Assembly: GCA_025934955.1 (NCBI GenBank) | Contig: JAICWE010000009.1 | Location: 2,913 to 66,912 of the forward strand | Reading direction: 5' to 3' | Source: Gemmatimonadales bacterium | Lineage (GTDB): Bacteria > Gemmatimonadota > Gemmatimonadetes > Gemmatimonadales > GWC2-71-9 | Length of the DNA: 64,000 nucleotides | Shown: positions 1-8,903 of the stretch, piece after piece | How the letters are laid out: the number at the start of each line of letters is the position of its first letter | Numbering within the stretch: position 1 is the stretch's first letter | Position numbers and translations under genes: made by a program | The notes under the pieces: model-generated | What the model saw: the letters and a program-made list of their open reading frames with translations, nothing else | What the model was told of the DNA's origin: nothing | Databases searched by the model: none

Positions 1-561
1 CTTGGCGCACGCCACCGGCCACGCGCCGTACTCGGCGCGCCAGTCGAGCGCGGGCGTCAGCCAGACGGCGAAGGTCTCGGCCCAGTCCTCGTCGGGATGC
101 TTCTGGGCGTACCAGCCGGGGAGGTGGCGCACGTAGCGGCGGCTGAAGGGCTCGGGGCGGTACTCTTCCTCGTACGGCTGCGTGATGGAGCCGAACTGGC
201 GGACCCACTCCTCCTCGTCGAACAGCCGGTAGGCGTAGTTGACGACGTGCCCCATCTCGTGCCGGAGATAGCGCAGGATGTCGGCGCGGTCGAAGCCCTC
301 GACGTGTCCGGCGCGCTCCACGTGCATGGCGGTCAGGTCGGCGCGGGCGAGGTAGAACGGGATGGCGATGGCGACGGTCTCGAAGGGGACGCCCCACTCG
401 GTGGACAGATAGAAACGCGGCTTGACCCGGGCGAGGCCGGCGCGCTCGAGCTCGGCCTCGAACTCGCGCACGATCGGCTCGAGTCGGGTGCCCTCGATGG
501 TCAGGCCGAGGTCCCGGATCGGGGTGGTGCCGAGGTTCTTTTCCTGGAAGGGCGTCGTCAC
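1..561 (-). CDS. putative zinc-binding metallopeptidase (HExxH), C-terminal part runs off the window start
   Basis: Not in the ORF track because it is open at the window edge. Reverse-complement translation from GTG (561-559) gives VTTPFQEKNLGTTPIRDLGLTIEGTRLEPIV...IPFYLARADLTAMHVERAGHVEGFDRADILRYLRHEMGHVVNYAYRLF...WYAQKHPDEDWAETFAVWL. The HEMGH motif and overall pattern fit the 'putative zinc-binding metallopeptidase' family. Confidence 0.7.
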   Translation of the reverse strand, partial: MTTPFQEKNLGTTPIRDLGLTIEGTRLEPIVREFEAELERAGLARVKPRFYLSTEWGVPFETVAIAIPFYLARADLTAMHVERAGHVEGFDRADILRYLRHEMGHVVNYAYRLFDEEEWVRQFGSITQPYEEEYRPEPFSRRYVRHLPGWYAQKHPDEDWAETFAVWLTPALDWRAEYGAWPVACAK

Positions 562-572
562 GGGGGTAAGAT

Positions 573-1091
573 ATGGTGACCGGATCGGCCCCGCTGCCGC
601 GGGTGGCGCGCCTCGCGCTCGGGGCGGCGTTACTCGCGCCGGCGGCCCTCGCGGCGCAGCAGCCGCCGTGGACCATCGAGAAGCCGGCGCAGCACGCCTT
701 CGGCGCGCTGTGGAAGGCGAGCATCGCGGTGCGCCGGGAGCGGGTGGCCTGCATGGCCGGGACGGTGACGGACGATTCGGTGCGGGTGACCGCGGTCGAG
801 CCGCTGGCGGCCTCGGAGCAGCAGGGCGACTCCCTCAACGCGCCGGCCGAGCGGTCCATCGCCGAGTGCGGGCCGCCGACATGGATCGGGACGGTGCACA
901 CCCACGTGCGCTCGACCGACGATCCGGATCCGGCGCCCGGCTTCAGCCCGCAGGACCGGATGGTGATGTCGCTCTGGTCGGGGAAGTGGGCGAAGCAGGG
1001 CGCGTTCTGCGTGATCTACGGCGCGCACTCGGCGCATTGCGAGAGCTATCCGCCGCACCGGGCGGAGCGGAAGCTGCCGGGCCAGGAGTGA
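573..1091 (+). CDS. exported protein with JAB/MPN (JAMM-like) motif
   Basis: ATG at 573. Signal-like N-terminus (RVARLALGAALLAPAALAAQQ). JAMM-like pattern RRERVACMAG...GTVHTHVRSTDDPDPAPGFSPQD (E..HxH..SxxD with a long spacer). Protein-like composition, unlike the overlapping frames. Confidence 0.6.
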   Translation: MVTGSAPLPRVARLALGAALLAPAALAAQQPPWTIEKPAQHAFGALWKASIAVRRERVACMAGTVTDDSVRVTAVEPLAASEQQGDSLNAPAERSIAECGPPTWIGTVHTHVRSTDDPDPAPGFSPQDRMVMSLWSGKWAKQGAFCVIYGAHSAHCESYPPHRAERKLPGQE

Positions 1092-1600
1092 GGTTGCGGC
1101 TGCGCGACGCGACGCCGGCCGATGCGGGCGCCATCGTCGCCCTCCTCATCGCCACGAAGGAAAGCTCGGTTCCAGAGCTCACCGACGATCACGATCGCGA
1201 CGCGCGGTTCTGGACCGACCGGTGGCACCGCTATCTCGCGGAAGGCAGTCGAGCGGAGATGTCCCGGGGCGACGGCTTCGCCATTCTGGCCGAAGCAGAC
1301 GGGCGGCTGGTCGGGTTTGCCGCGTACCATCACACCAGCCGGCACGGCGCCGACGCCGAGCTGGAGTCCATCTATGTAACGAAAGAGGCGCAGGGGCGGG
1401 GCGTGGGCACTGGGCTGCTGCGGACGGTCGCGGCCCGGCTGTCTGCCGACGGCTCGGCGAGTCTCTGCGTCGGCTACGACTCCCGGAATCCGTACAAGCG
1501 GTTCTACGCGAAGCACGGCGCCGTCGAGGTGAACCCGCACTGGGCGGTGTGGCGCGACCTGCCCGCGCTCAGCCGCGCAGCGTATCCCACGCGATCTTGA
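1088..1600 (+). CDS. GNAT family N-acetyltransferase
   Basis: C-terminal 170 aa of ORF 422..1600. The in-frame GTG at 1088 overlaps the upstream stop (GTGA). Acetyl-CoA-binding motif IYVTKEAQGRGVGTGLLR and ...NPYKRFYAKHG. The upstream part of the long ORF is Arg/Gly/Ala shadow sequence. Confidence 0.8.
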   Translation: MRLRLRDATPADAGAIVALLIATKESSVPELTDDHDRDARFWTDRWHRYLAEGSRAEMSRGDGFAILAEADGRLVGFAAYHHTSRHGADAELESIYVTKEAQGRGVGTGLLRTVAARLSADGSASLCVGYDSRNPYKRFYAKHGAVEVNPHWAVWRDLPALSRAAYPTRS

Positions 1601-2285
1601 CGATGAGCGCGGTCACCACCGCGAGGAAGAACGGCCGCACGAACCGGACGCCGCCGCGCACGGCTGCCCGGCTGCCCAACGCCGCGCCCGTCATGAGCGC
1701 CGCGCCCATCGCGAGCCCCAAACCCCAGCGCACGTGTCCGGTGCCGGCGAAGTAGCCCAGCGCCGCGACACCGGAACCGAAGTTCACCACCTTGGCCGTC
1801 GCCGATGCGGTGAGGAAATCCATTCCGAACACGCCGACGAACGCGAAGATGAGGAAGCTGCCGGCGCCGGGGCCGAAGAAGCCGTCATAGAAGCCGAGTG
1901 CGCCGCCCACGATGAGGGCCAGCAGCAGCGCCGCGGCGCCCCGGACGCGCGGCGCGTGACGAGCGGCGCCGTATCGCGGCCGGAGCACGGTGAACGCGCC
2001 GACCACGACGAGCAACGCCAGCACCAGCGGGCGGAGCAGGGTGGGATCGAGATGCGGCACCAGGCGCGCACCGAACCAGGAGCCGACCAGCGCGGCGACG
2101 GCGGCGGGGAGCGCCGTGCGCCAGGGAATGACGATGTGCCGTGCGTACCAGGTCGCGGCGGTGCCGGTGCCGAAGAGCGAGGCGAGCTTGTTGACGCCGA
2201 AGAGCGTTGCGATCGGAAGGCGGGGGAGCAGCGCCAGAAGGGCGGGCACCTGGATCAGCCCGCCGCCGCCCGCGACCGCGTCCAC
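1569..2285 (-). CDS. TauE/SafE (DUF81) family sulfite/anion exporter; true start probably upstream of 2285
   Basis: Multi-TM protein with the family hallmark VDAVAGGGGLIQVPALL at the very N-terminus of the ORF and a second repeat GFYDGFFGPGAGSFL. TM1 (LLLVTLALCAFALAAGF) lies in frame upstream, but with only CTG codons (see findings). Confidence 0.85.
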   Translation of the reverse strand: MDAVAGGGGLIQVPALLALLPRLPIATLFGVNKLASLFGTGTAATWYARHIVIPWRTALPAAVAALVGSWFGARLVPHLDPTLLRPLVLALLVVVGAFTVLRPRYGAARHAPRVRGAAALLLALIVGGALGFYDGFFGPGAGSFLIFAFVGVFGMDFLTASATAKVVNFGSGVAALGYFAGTGHVRWGLGLAMGAALMTGAALGSRAAVRGGVRFVRPFFLAVVTALIVKIAWDTLRG

Positions 2286-2326
2286 GAATCCGGCCGCGAG
2301 CGCGAAGGCGCAGAGCGCGAGGGTGA

Positions 2327-2500
2327 CTAGCAGCAGCGGCTCGCGCCGTCGCCGTAGCGCGTGCGCAGGTAATCGGCGAAGAACTCCCGCTCGCTCGGCA
2401 CCGGACGCTCGGGGTGGCAGCGGCGGAGGTGCGCGGTGTAGGCCGCGTAGTCGGGCATGCCGGCGACGCGGCGGACCAGTGTCGCGAGCCTAGCCCACAT
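2327..2500 (-). CDS. ybdD: YbdD/YjiX (DUF466) family small protein, CstA-associated
   Basis: Not in the ORF track (57 aa). Translation: MWARLATLVRRVAGMPDYAAYTAHLRRCHPERPVPSEREFFADYLRTRYGDGASRCC. Its ATG (2500-2498) lies inside the last codons of cstA (11-nt overlap). The family typically follows CstA. Confidence 0.85.
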   Translation of the reverse strand: MWARLATLVRRVAGMPDYAAYTAHLRRCHPERPVPSEREFFADYLRTRYGDGASRCC

Positions 2501-4523
2501 ACGCGGTCTCGACGAACGGCGTCTCGCGCGCAGTCGCGGGCTTCCGGTGGCGGAAGATCTGGAGCCACTCCCACGCGGCCGTCACCACCACGAGCGCAGT
2601 CACCAGCATGAACGCGGCGCACACCGTCGCGTCGAGCCGGTCGTTGAAGACGAGCCGCGCGCCGCGGGCCGGATCCACGGCGCCGGCCGCGATCTGCTCC
2701 ACGACCGACCCCGCGTGGGCCAGGAAGCCGAGCCGCGGGTCGGCGGCGAAGATCTTGATCCAGCCGGCGCTCATCGTCACCGCGAGCACCCACGCGAGGG
2801 GCAGCAGCGTCACCCAGGCGTAGCGCGCGCGGCCGCTCTTGATGATGAGCGTCGTCCCGACGCAGAGCGCCACCGACGCGAGCAGCTGGTTGGAGATGCC
2901 GAAGAGCGGCCAGAGCGAGTTGATGCCGCCCAACGGATCGGCGACGCCCTGCACCAGGAACCAGCCCCACGCGGCGGCGAGCAGCGCCGACGAGAACACC
3001 ACGCCGGGGTACCACGACGTGCGGCCGAGCGGGCGCCAGAGGTGGCCGGCCAGCTCCTGCAGCATGAAGCGGCCGACCCGGGTGCCGGTGTCGATGGTGG
3101 TGAGGATGAACAGCGCTTCGAACAGGATGGCGAAATGGTACCAGAGCGCGGTAAGCGTGCGGCCGAACGCGCCGCCGAGTATCTGCGCCATGCCGACCGC
3201 GAGCGACGGCGCGCCGCCGGTGCGGGCGAGCAGCGTCTTCTCGCCGACGTCGGCGGCGAGCGCCTGGAGCTGGCCCGGGGTCACCGTGAAGCCCCACGTC
3301 GCCACCGTCGCCGCGGCCTTCTCCACCGTGCCGCCGAGCGCGCCGAGCGGGGCGTTGATGGCGAAGTAGACCCCGGGGTCGAGCACCGCGGCGGCGCAGA
3401 GCGCCATCACCGCGACGAACGATTCCATCAGCATGCCGCCGTAGCCGATGAGCCGCGCGTCGCTCTCGCGGCGCAGCATCTTGGGCGTCGTGCCGGAGGC
3501 GACCAGCGCGTGGAAGCCGCTGATCGCGCCGCAGGCGATAGTAATGAAGGCGAAGGGGAAAAGCTTGCCGGCGAAGACCGGCCCGGTGCCGTCGATGAAG
3601 CGCGTGAGCGGCGGGAGCTTGAGCGGCGGCGCGACGGCGACGATCGCAACGGCGAGCAGCAGGATGACGCCGATCTTGAGGAAGCTGGAGAGGTAGTCGC
3701 GGGGGCAGAGCAGCATCCACACCGGCATCACGCTCGCGACGAAGCCGTAGCCGATGACAGCGTAGGCGAGGGTCGGTCCGTTCCAGGTGAAGAGCGGCGC
3801 CAGCACCGGCGAGGCCCCCACCCAGCGGCCGCCGACCAGCGCCAGCAGCAGCAGCACCACGCCGACGGCCGACGCCTCGATGGTCCGTCCCGGCCGCCAC
3901 GCCTTCATCCAGAATCCCATGAGCAGCGCGATGGGGATCGAGGCGGCGATGGTGAAGACGCCCCACGGGCTGTCCTTGAGCGCGTTCACGACGACGAGCC
4001 CGAGCGGGGCGAGCAGGATGATCATGATGGCGAGCACGGCGATCATCGCGAGCAGGCCGGTGACGGGGCCGATCTCCTCCTTGGCCATCTGTCCCAGCGA
4101 GCGGCCGTCGCGCCGCATGGAGCCGAAGAGGATGACGAAATCCTGCACCGCGCCGCCGAGCACGACGCCGAAGACGATCCAGAGCACGCCGGGCAGATAG
4201 CCGAACTGGGCCGCCAGCACCGGGCCGACCAGCGGGCCCGCGCCGGCGATCGCGGCGAAGTGGTGGCCGAAGAGCACCCAGCGGCTGGTGGGCACGAAGT
4301 CGCGGCCGTTGCCGAGGCGCTCGGCGGGGGTGGCGCGGCGGTCGTCGAGCTGGAAGACGCGGTCGGCGAGGAAGCGGGAGTAGAAGCGGTAGGCGACGAG
4401 ATAGGTGCCGACGGCGGCGAGGACCATCCAGGCGGCGCTGACGGTTTCGCCGCGGTGCAGGGCCAAGACGGCCCACGCGCCGGCGCCGGCGGTGGAGATC
4501 AGTGCCCAGAGGATTAGGCGCAT
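2490..4523 (-). CDS. cstA: carbon starvation protein A (peptide/pyruvate transporter CstA)
   Basis: C-terminal 677 aa of ORF 2490..6197, starting MRLILWALISTAGAGAWAV. Typical CstA blocks: FGHHFAAIAGAGPLVGPVLAAQFGYLPG, ACGAISGFHALVASGTTPKM, LWPLFGISNQLLA. Confidence 0.95.
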   Translation of the reverse strand: MRLILWALISTAGAGAWAVLALHRGETVSAAWMVLAAVGTYLVAYRFYSRFLADRVFQLDDRRATPAERLGNGRDFVPTSRWVLFGHHFAAIAGAGPLVGPVLAAQFGYLPGVLWIVFGVVLGGAVQDFVILFGSMRRDGRSLGQMAKEEIGPVTGLLAMIAVLAIMIILLAPLGLVVVNALKDSPWGVFTIAASIPIALLMGFWMKAWRPGRTIEASAVGVVLLLLALVGGRWVGASPVLAPLFTWNGPTLAYAVIGYGFVASVMPVWMLLCPRDYLSSFLKIGVILLLAVAIVAVAPPLKLPPLTRFIDGTGPVFAGKLFPFAFITIACGAISGFHALVASGTTPKMLRRESDARLIGYGGMLMESFVAVMALCAAAVLDPGVYFAINAPLGALGGTVEKAAATVATWGFTVTPGQLQALAADVGEKTLLARTGGAPSLAVGMAQILGGAFGRTLTALWYHFAILFEALFILTTIDTGTRVGRFMLQELAGHLWRPLGRTSWYPGVVFSSALLAAAWGWFLVQGVADPLGGINSLWPLFGISNQLLASVALCVGTTLIIKSGRARYAWVTLLPLAWVLAVTMSAGWIKIFAADPRLGFLAHAGSVVEQIAAGAVDPARGARLVFNDRLDATVCAAFMLVTALVVVTAAWEWLQIFRHRKPATARETPFVETAYVG

Positions 4524-4592
4524 CGTCGAACAAGGTAGCGCGGGCTTGGCTCGGCGGCGAGCGCGCCACGCCGAGGTCGGCTGCGGCGCTCC

Positions 4593-5504
4593 ATGCTTGC
4601 TCTCCGTTTGGCCGGGCCGTACCTTCTCAACCCCATGCCCTTCCCCAATTTCGGCTTCGGAAACCGCCCCTCGTGGGAGGACGAGCTGCCCGAGGTTTCG
4701 GGGGCGGCGCTGGAGGAGGCGCAGCCAAAGCCGGTGACCGAGGGGTTCCGCAACAAGGTCGCGATCGTGACCGGCGGGGCGACGGGGCTGGGCCGCAGCA
4801 TCTCGATGGAGTTTGCCCGGCTGGGGTGTCACGTCGGCTTCTGTTACGTCAACATGCCGGGCCGGGACGTCAGCGAGCAGGCGGTGCTGACCGAGACGGC
4901 GGTCTCGGCGATGGGCGTGTCGGTGGTCGCGGCGCGCTGCGACGTGCGGGACCGACAGCAGGTGGACCGCGTCGTCGCCGACGTGCGGCAGCGGCTCGGC
5001 GGGCTGCACTTCCTCATCAACAACGCCGGTATCGCCAACGACGGGGCGCTCTGGCGGCTGTCGGACGACGCGTGGCGCGACGTGATGGAGACCAATGTCA
5101 CCGGCGCCTTCAACTGCATCCGGGCGATGGCGCCGACGCTCCGGCGGCAGCGGTTCGGCAAGATCGTCAACGTGAGCGCGCACCAGGCCAAGCGGCCCGG
5201 CTTCGGGGTGAGCAACTACGCCGCGAGCAAGGCGGCGCTGCTGGGGCTCACGCGGGCGGCGGCGGTGGAGCTGGGACCGGCGAGCGTGAACGTGAACGCG
5301 GTGGCGCCGGGCTTCGTGCGGACCGAGCGGATGATGATGCTCCCGCGGGAAATCATCGAGCGGGCGCAGAAGAGCGCGGTGCTCGGCCGGGTGGCGGAGC
5401 CGGAGGACGTGGCGCACGTGGTGAGCTTCCTCTGCTCCGAGGCCGCGCGGCACATCACGGGGCAGACGCTCATCGTGGACGGGGGGCTGCTGCTCGATCA
5501 TTGA
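4593..5504 (+). CDS. SDR family oxidoreductase (FabG-like), with unusual ~45-aa N-terminal extension
   Basis: KVAIVTGGATGLGRS (TGxxxGxG), NNAG, and the catalytic YAASKAAL motif. Alternative start ATG 4635. Confidence 0.85.
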   Translation: MLALRLAGPYLLNPMPFPNFGFGNRPSWEDELPEVSGAALEEAQPKPVTEGFRNKVAIVTGGATGLGRSISMEFARLGCHVGFCYVNMPGRDVSEQAVLTETAVSAMGVSVVAARCDVRDRQQVDRVVADVRQRLGGLHFLINNAGIANDGALWRLSDDAWRDVMETNVTGAFNCIRAMAPTLRRQRFGKIVNVSAHQAKRPGFGVSNYAASKAALLGLTRAAAVELGPASVNVNAVAPGFVRTERMMMLPREIIERAQKSAVLGRVAEPEDVAHVVSFLCSEAARHITGQTLIVDGGLLLDH

Positions 5505-5564
5505 CCTCGTTAGCTTCCCCTCCCGGACGCCCCTGGATTCCCTGCAGCCGCTCGAGACCATTTC

Positions 5565-6200
5565 GTGACGCTTCGCCCCTCCGCGCTTCCGCTCGCGCTG
5601 TTGCCGTTGCTGTTGCTGCTGCTGCCGGCGCGGCTCCTCGCCCAGCACGAGCCCACGATTCCCCTCAGCACCACCGCGCTCGCCGGTCAGAAGGTCGCCG
5701 TTCTCCCGCTCACCATGGTCGTCACCGACCCGGACATCGCCGGCGACTCCGCCTACGCCGCGCTGCACGACCGCGCGGCCACGCTGCGCTGGGCCGACTC
5801 GCTGATCGGCGACGCGATGACCGGCCGCGCGCCGGAGGTGACGTGGGTGCTGCCGCCGGAGCTCCGGAAGGCGGCGCGGCGGAGCGCCGGGTTCATGGCC
5901 AACCCGGACCAGATGGGGCAGGCGGTGATGCGCTCGCGCGGGATCAAGAAGGTGCCCGACCCGCTGCGCTCGGAGCTGCGCACGCTGGTGGCGATCGCCG
6001 GCGGGCGCTACGCGCTGATCCCGGCGGCGCTGAGCTTCAGCCGCGACACCGCGGGCGCGGTGCACGCCGGCCTCTCGCTCGCCTTTGCCGACGCGCGCAC
6101 CGGCGATGTGCTCTGGCGAAGCTGGGCGGCCGGCAGCGGATCGGAGCCGCTCGGCGCCATGCGCGCGGCGCTCGCCAGCGTGCTGCCCGTCGAGCAATGA
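5565..6200 (+). CDS. exported hypothetical protein
   Basis: GTG start. Strong signal peptide MTLRPSALPLALLPLLLLLLPARLLAQ. The stop overlaps the IDH start (ATGA). No family recognised. Confidence 0.55.
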   Translation: MTLRPSALPLALLPLLLLLLPARLLAQHEPTIPLSTTALAGQKVAVLPLTMVVTDPDIAGDSAYAALHDRAATLRWADSLIGDAMTGRAPEVTWVLPPELRKAARRSAGFMANPDQMGQAVMRSRGIKKVPDPLRSELRTLVAIAGGRYALIPAALSFSRDTAGAVHAGLSLAFADARTGDVLWRSWAAGSGSEPLGAMRAALASVLPVEQ

Positions 6201-7213
6201 GCTACGCCATCACGCTGATTCCGGGCGACGGTATCGGGCCCGAGATCACCGAGCAGACGGTGCGAGTGCTCGAAGCGACGGGAATCAACTTCACCTGGGA
6301 AGAAGAGCTGGCCGGCGTCGCCGCCGTCGAGGCGACCGGCACGCCGCTGCCCGACGCGACGGTCACGAGCATCCGGCGCACGCGGCTCGCGCTCAAGGGC
6401 CCGCTCACGACGCCGGTGGGTACCGGCTTCCGCTCGGTGAACGTCGGACTGCGGAAGGAATTCGAGCTCTACGCCAACGTGCGGCCGGCGCGGACCATCG
6501 TGCCGGGCGGCCGGTTCGAGAACGTGGACATCGTGCTGGTGCGGGAGAACCTCGAGGGACTGTACATCGGCGTGGAGCACTTCGTCGCGGTGGGCAACGA
6601 TCCCCGCGCGGTGGGCGAGTCGCTCGCGATCGTAACGCGGGCCGGCTGCGAGCGGATCGTACGCTACGCCTTCGAGTACGCGGTGCGGCACGGTCGGAGG
6701 AAGGTCACGATCGTGCACAAGGCCAACATCCTCAAGATGGTGAGCGGCCTTTTCCTCGAGGTGGGCCGCGCGGTGGCCAAGGAGTTCGAGGGGCGGGTCT
6801 CCGCCAACGACATGATCGTGGACAACACCGCGATGCAGCTGGTCATGCGGCCGGAGCAGTTCGACGTGATGGTGACGACCAACATGTTCGGCGACATCCT
6901 CAGTGACGAAGTCTCGGGGCTGGTGGGCGGGCTGGGGCTCGCGCCCGGGGCCAACATCGGGACCGGTGCGGCGATCTTCGAGGCGGTGCACGGCAGCGCG
7001 CCCGACATCGCGGGGAAGGGCGTCGCCAACCCGTCGGCCCAGATGCTCGCCGCGGCGATGATGCTGGATCACATCGGCGAGCTGGACGCCGCGCGCCGGC
7101 TCCGGGCCGCGATCGAGGACGTGATCGTCCGCGCCAACCTGCGCACCCGCGACCTCGGCGGGTCCGCCACCACCGCGGAATTCGGTGCCGCCGTCGCTCA
7201 GCGGGTCGCCTGA
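6197..7213 (+). CDS. isocitrate/isopropylmalate dehydrogenase family enzyme, NAD-type isocitrate dehydrogenase-like (338 aa)
   Basis: MSYAITLIPGDGIGPEI..., LRKEFELYANVRP, VRENLEGLY, NMFGDILSD, FEAVHGSAPDIAGKGVANP. These are classic beta-decarboxylating dehydrogenase motifs. Confidence 0.9.
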   Translation: MSYAITLIPGDGIGPEITEQTVRVLEATGINFTWEEELAGVAAVEATGTPLPDATVTSIRRTRLALKGPLTTPVGTGFRSVNVGLRKEFELYANVRPARTIVPGGRFENVDIVLVRENLEGLYIGVEHFVAVGNDPRAVGESLAIVTRAGCERIVRYAFEYAVRHGRRKVTIVHKANILKMVSGLFLEVGRAVAKEFEGRVSANDMIVDNTAMQLVMRPEQFDVMVTTNMFGDILSDEVSGLVGGLGLAPGANIGTGAAIFEAVHGSAPDIAGKGVANPSAQMLAAAMMLDHIGELDAARRLRAAIEDVIVRANLRTRDLGGSATTAEFGAAVAQRVA

Positions 7214-7511
7214 GGTCCCGTGCGTTCAGTGCGGCCGGCGGGTGCGCGGCCTCGGATGGGCGGAGCTCTGCCCCGAGTGCACGGCGCGGCGGAAGCGGCG
7301 TGCAAACCGGCTGGCACGCCGCATCTCCCTTGCGGCGACCGTGCTGATGGCCGGATGGATCGCCCTCCGCAGACCCAGCGACCCGACGGGACAGCTCTAC
7401 GCGCTGGTCGGCGTCGTCGCGGTCTACATCATCGTACAGCGGATCGCGTCGCGCCTGGCCATGGAGTTTCTCCCGCGCGAGCCCGCGCCGTCCGAACCGA
7501 GGGAATCGTGA
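7185..7511 (+). CDS. small membrane protein with N-terminal zinc-ribbon (CxxC...CxxC)
   Basis: VPCVQCGRRVRGLGWAELCPECTARRKRR, followed by two hydrophobic helices (ISLAATVLMAGWIAL, LYALVGVVAVYIIV). The stop overlaps the next gene's start (GTGA). The start overlaps the IDH 3' end by 29 nt. Confidence 0.55.
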   Translation: MPPSLSGSPEVPCVQCGRRVRGLGWAELCPECTARRKRRANRLARRISLAATVLMAGWIALRRPSDPTGQLYALVGVVAVYIIVQRIASRLAMEFLPREPAPSEPRES

Positions 7512-8896
7512 GGCGTCCCGTCCTCGCCGCCGCGCTGCCGGCGGCCCTGCTGCTCGCGTCCGCCCCGTGCTCGCCGCTCCGCGCGCAGACCGGGCTCACC
7601 ATCTACAACGACGGCCGCGTGCTGGTGCGCCGGAGCGTGCCGCTCACCGTGCCGAAGGGCGTGTCGGAGCAGCGGCTCACGTTGGGCGCGCTGGATCCGG
7701 CCTCGCTCTTCGCGCTCGACTCGGGCGTCACCTTCGTCGCCGCCCGCTATGACGGCGGGGTGGACGAGTCCAGCATCATCCGGCGCGCGGTCGGGCGGCT
7801 GCTGGTGTTCCAGACCGGCGGCCGGCCGAACGACACGGTGAGCGCGACGCTGCTCGGGGTGGATCCGGAGCGCTATCGTCTGGCGGACGGAACCGTGGTG
7901 TTCTCGCGGCCGGGAACGCTGCGCTATCCGCCGGATCTGGTGCTGGCCGATCCGACGGTCGCGCTCGCGGTGCGGAGCGAGGTGCCGCGTCGCGCGCTCG
8001 GCGTCGGCTACTTCACCGGTGGAGCGGCCTGGGAGGCGAGCTACCAGGTGATCCTCGGCCGAGCCGACGCGCGGGTGAGCGGGAGCGCGGTGCTCCCGTC
8101 GCAGACGCTCCGCGCGGACAGCGCGGAGATTCAGCTGCTCGCCGGGGCGGTGAGTCGGGTGATGTCACAGTCGTCGCCGCAGCCCTACGCGGGCCGGGTG
8201 ATGGCGGCGAAGGATATGGCTGCGGACGAGGTGAGCGTCGCCGGCGAGCAGAAGGTCGGCGAGTTCCATCTCTACTCGCTCCCGGGGCGCTGGAGCATCC
8301 TGCCGGGCGTCACGACGTCCATCGCGATGTTCGACCCGGCGAGCGTGCCGTACGAGCGGAGCTACGTGGTGCGGGGCGAGATCCCGTTCTGGGGCTACTT
8401 CCCGCAGCAGCCCAACGAGAATCCGGTGCCGGTGGAGGTGAGCTACCTGCTCAAGCGGCCGCGCAAGAGCGATTTCGGTGACCGCCCGATACCGATGGGC
8501 ATCGCACGGATCTACGCCGCCGACTCGAACGGGCGCCAGCAGCTCGTGGGCGAAGCGGCCGTGAACCACACCGCGGCGGGGCAGGACCTCCGGCTCAGCG
8601 CGGGCGAAGCGTTCGATCTCACCGCGCGCCGGGTGCAGACCAACTATGCGACCCGGCGCGACAGCACCCGGAGCGGCTGGCGCACGACGGCCACCGCCGA
8701 CTATGCCGTGACCATCGCGAACGCGACCGATTCCCTGGCGACGGTGGACGTGCTGGAGCGGCGCGCGGGCGACTGGAACGTCGTGTCCAGCTCGGTGCCG
8801 CCGGAGAAGCTCTCCTCCACCGAGACCCGCTTCCGGGTGAAGGTGCCGGCCCGGGGCGAGACCCGGCTCACCTACCGCGTGCGCGTCACCTGGTGA
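7508..8896 (+). CDS. DUF4139 domain-containing exported protein (MuiA-like)
   Basis: In-frame GTG 7508 within ORF 7220..8896. Signal peptide VRRPVLAAALPAALLLASAPCSPLRAQ. Blocks typical of DUF4139: VGYFTGGAAWEASYQV and GEFHLYSLPGRWSILPGVTTSIAMF. Confidence 0.7.
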   Translation: MRRPVLAAALPAALLLASAPCSPLRAQTGLTIYNDGRVLVRRSVPLTVPKGVSEQRLTLGALDPASLFALDSGVTFVAARYDGGVDESSIIRRAVGRLLVFQTGGRPNDTVSATLLGVDPERYRLADGTVVFSRPGTLRYPPDLVLADPTVALAVRSEVPRRALGVGYFTGGAAWEASYQVILGRADARVSGSAVLPSQTLRADSAEIQLLAGAVSRVMSQSSPQPYAGRVMAAKDMAADEVSVAGEQKVGEFHLYSLPGRWSILPGVTTSIAMFDPASVPYERSYVVRGEIPFWGYFPQQPNENPVPVEVSYLLKRPRKSDFGDRPIPMGIARIYAADSNGRQQLVGEAAVNHTAAGQDLRLSAGEAFDLTARRVQTNYATRRDSTRSGWRTTATADYAVTIANATDSLATVDVLERRAGDWNVVSSSVPPEKLSSTETRFRVKVPARGETRLTYRVRVTW

Positions 8897-8903
8897 GCGG
8901 CGG

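Noticed and set aside
422-1087. N-terminal 222 aa of ORF 422..1600 fused to the GNAT domain
   Set aside because: Arg/Gly/Ala-rich and overlapping the better-supported 573..1091 gene in another frame. An in-frame GTG at 1088 with a GTGA overlap gives a normal-sized GNAT.
1885-4569. 894-aa minus-strand ORF and the 686-aa plus-strand ORF (2457..4517) covering the cstA locus
   Set aside because: The translations are Arg/Pro/Ala/Gly-dominated low-complexity strings, typical of off-frame or antisense reading in ~70% G+C DNA. The third ORF in the locus (2490..4523) encodes an unmistakable CstA.
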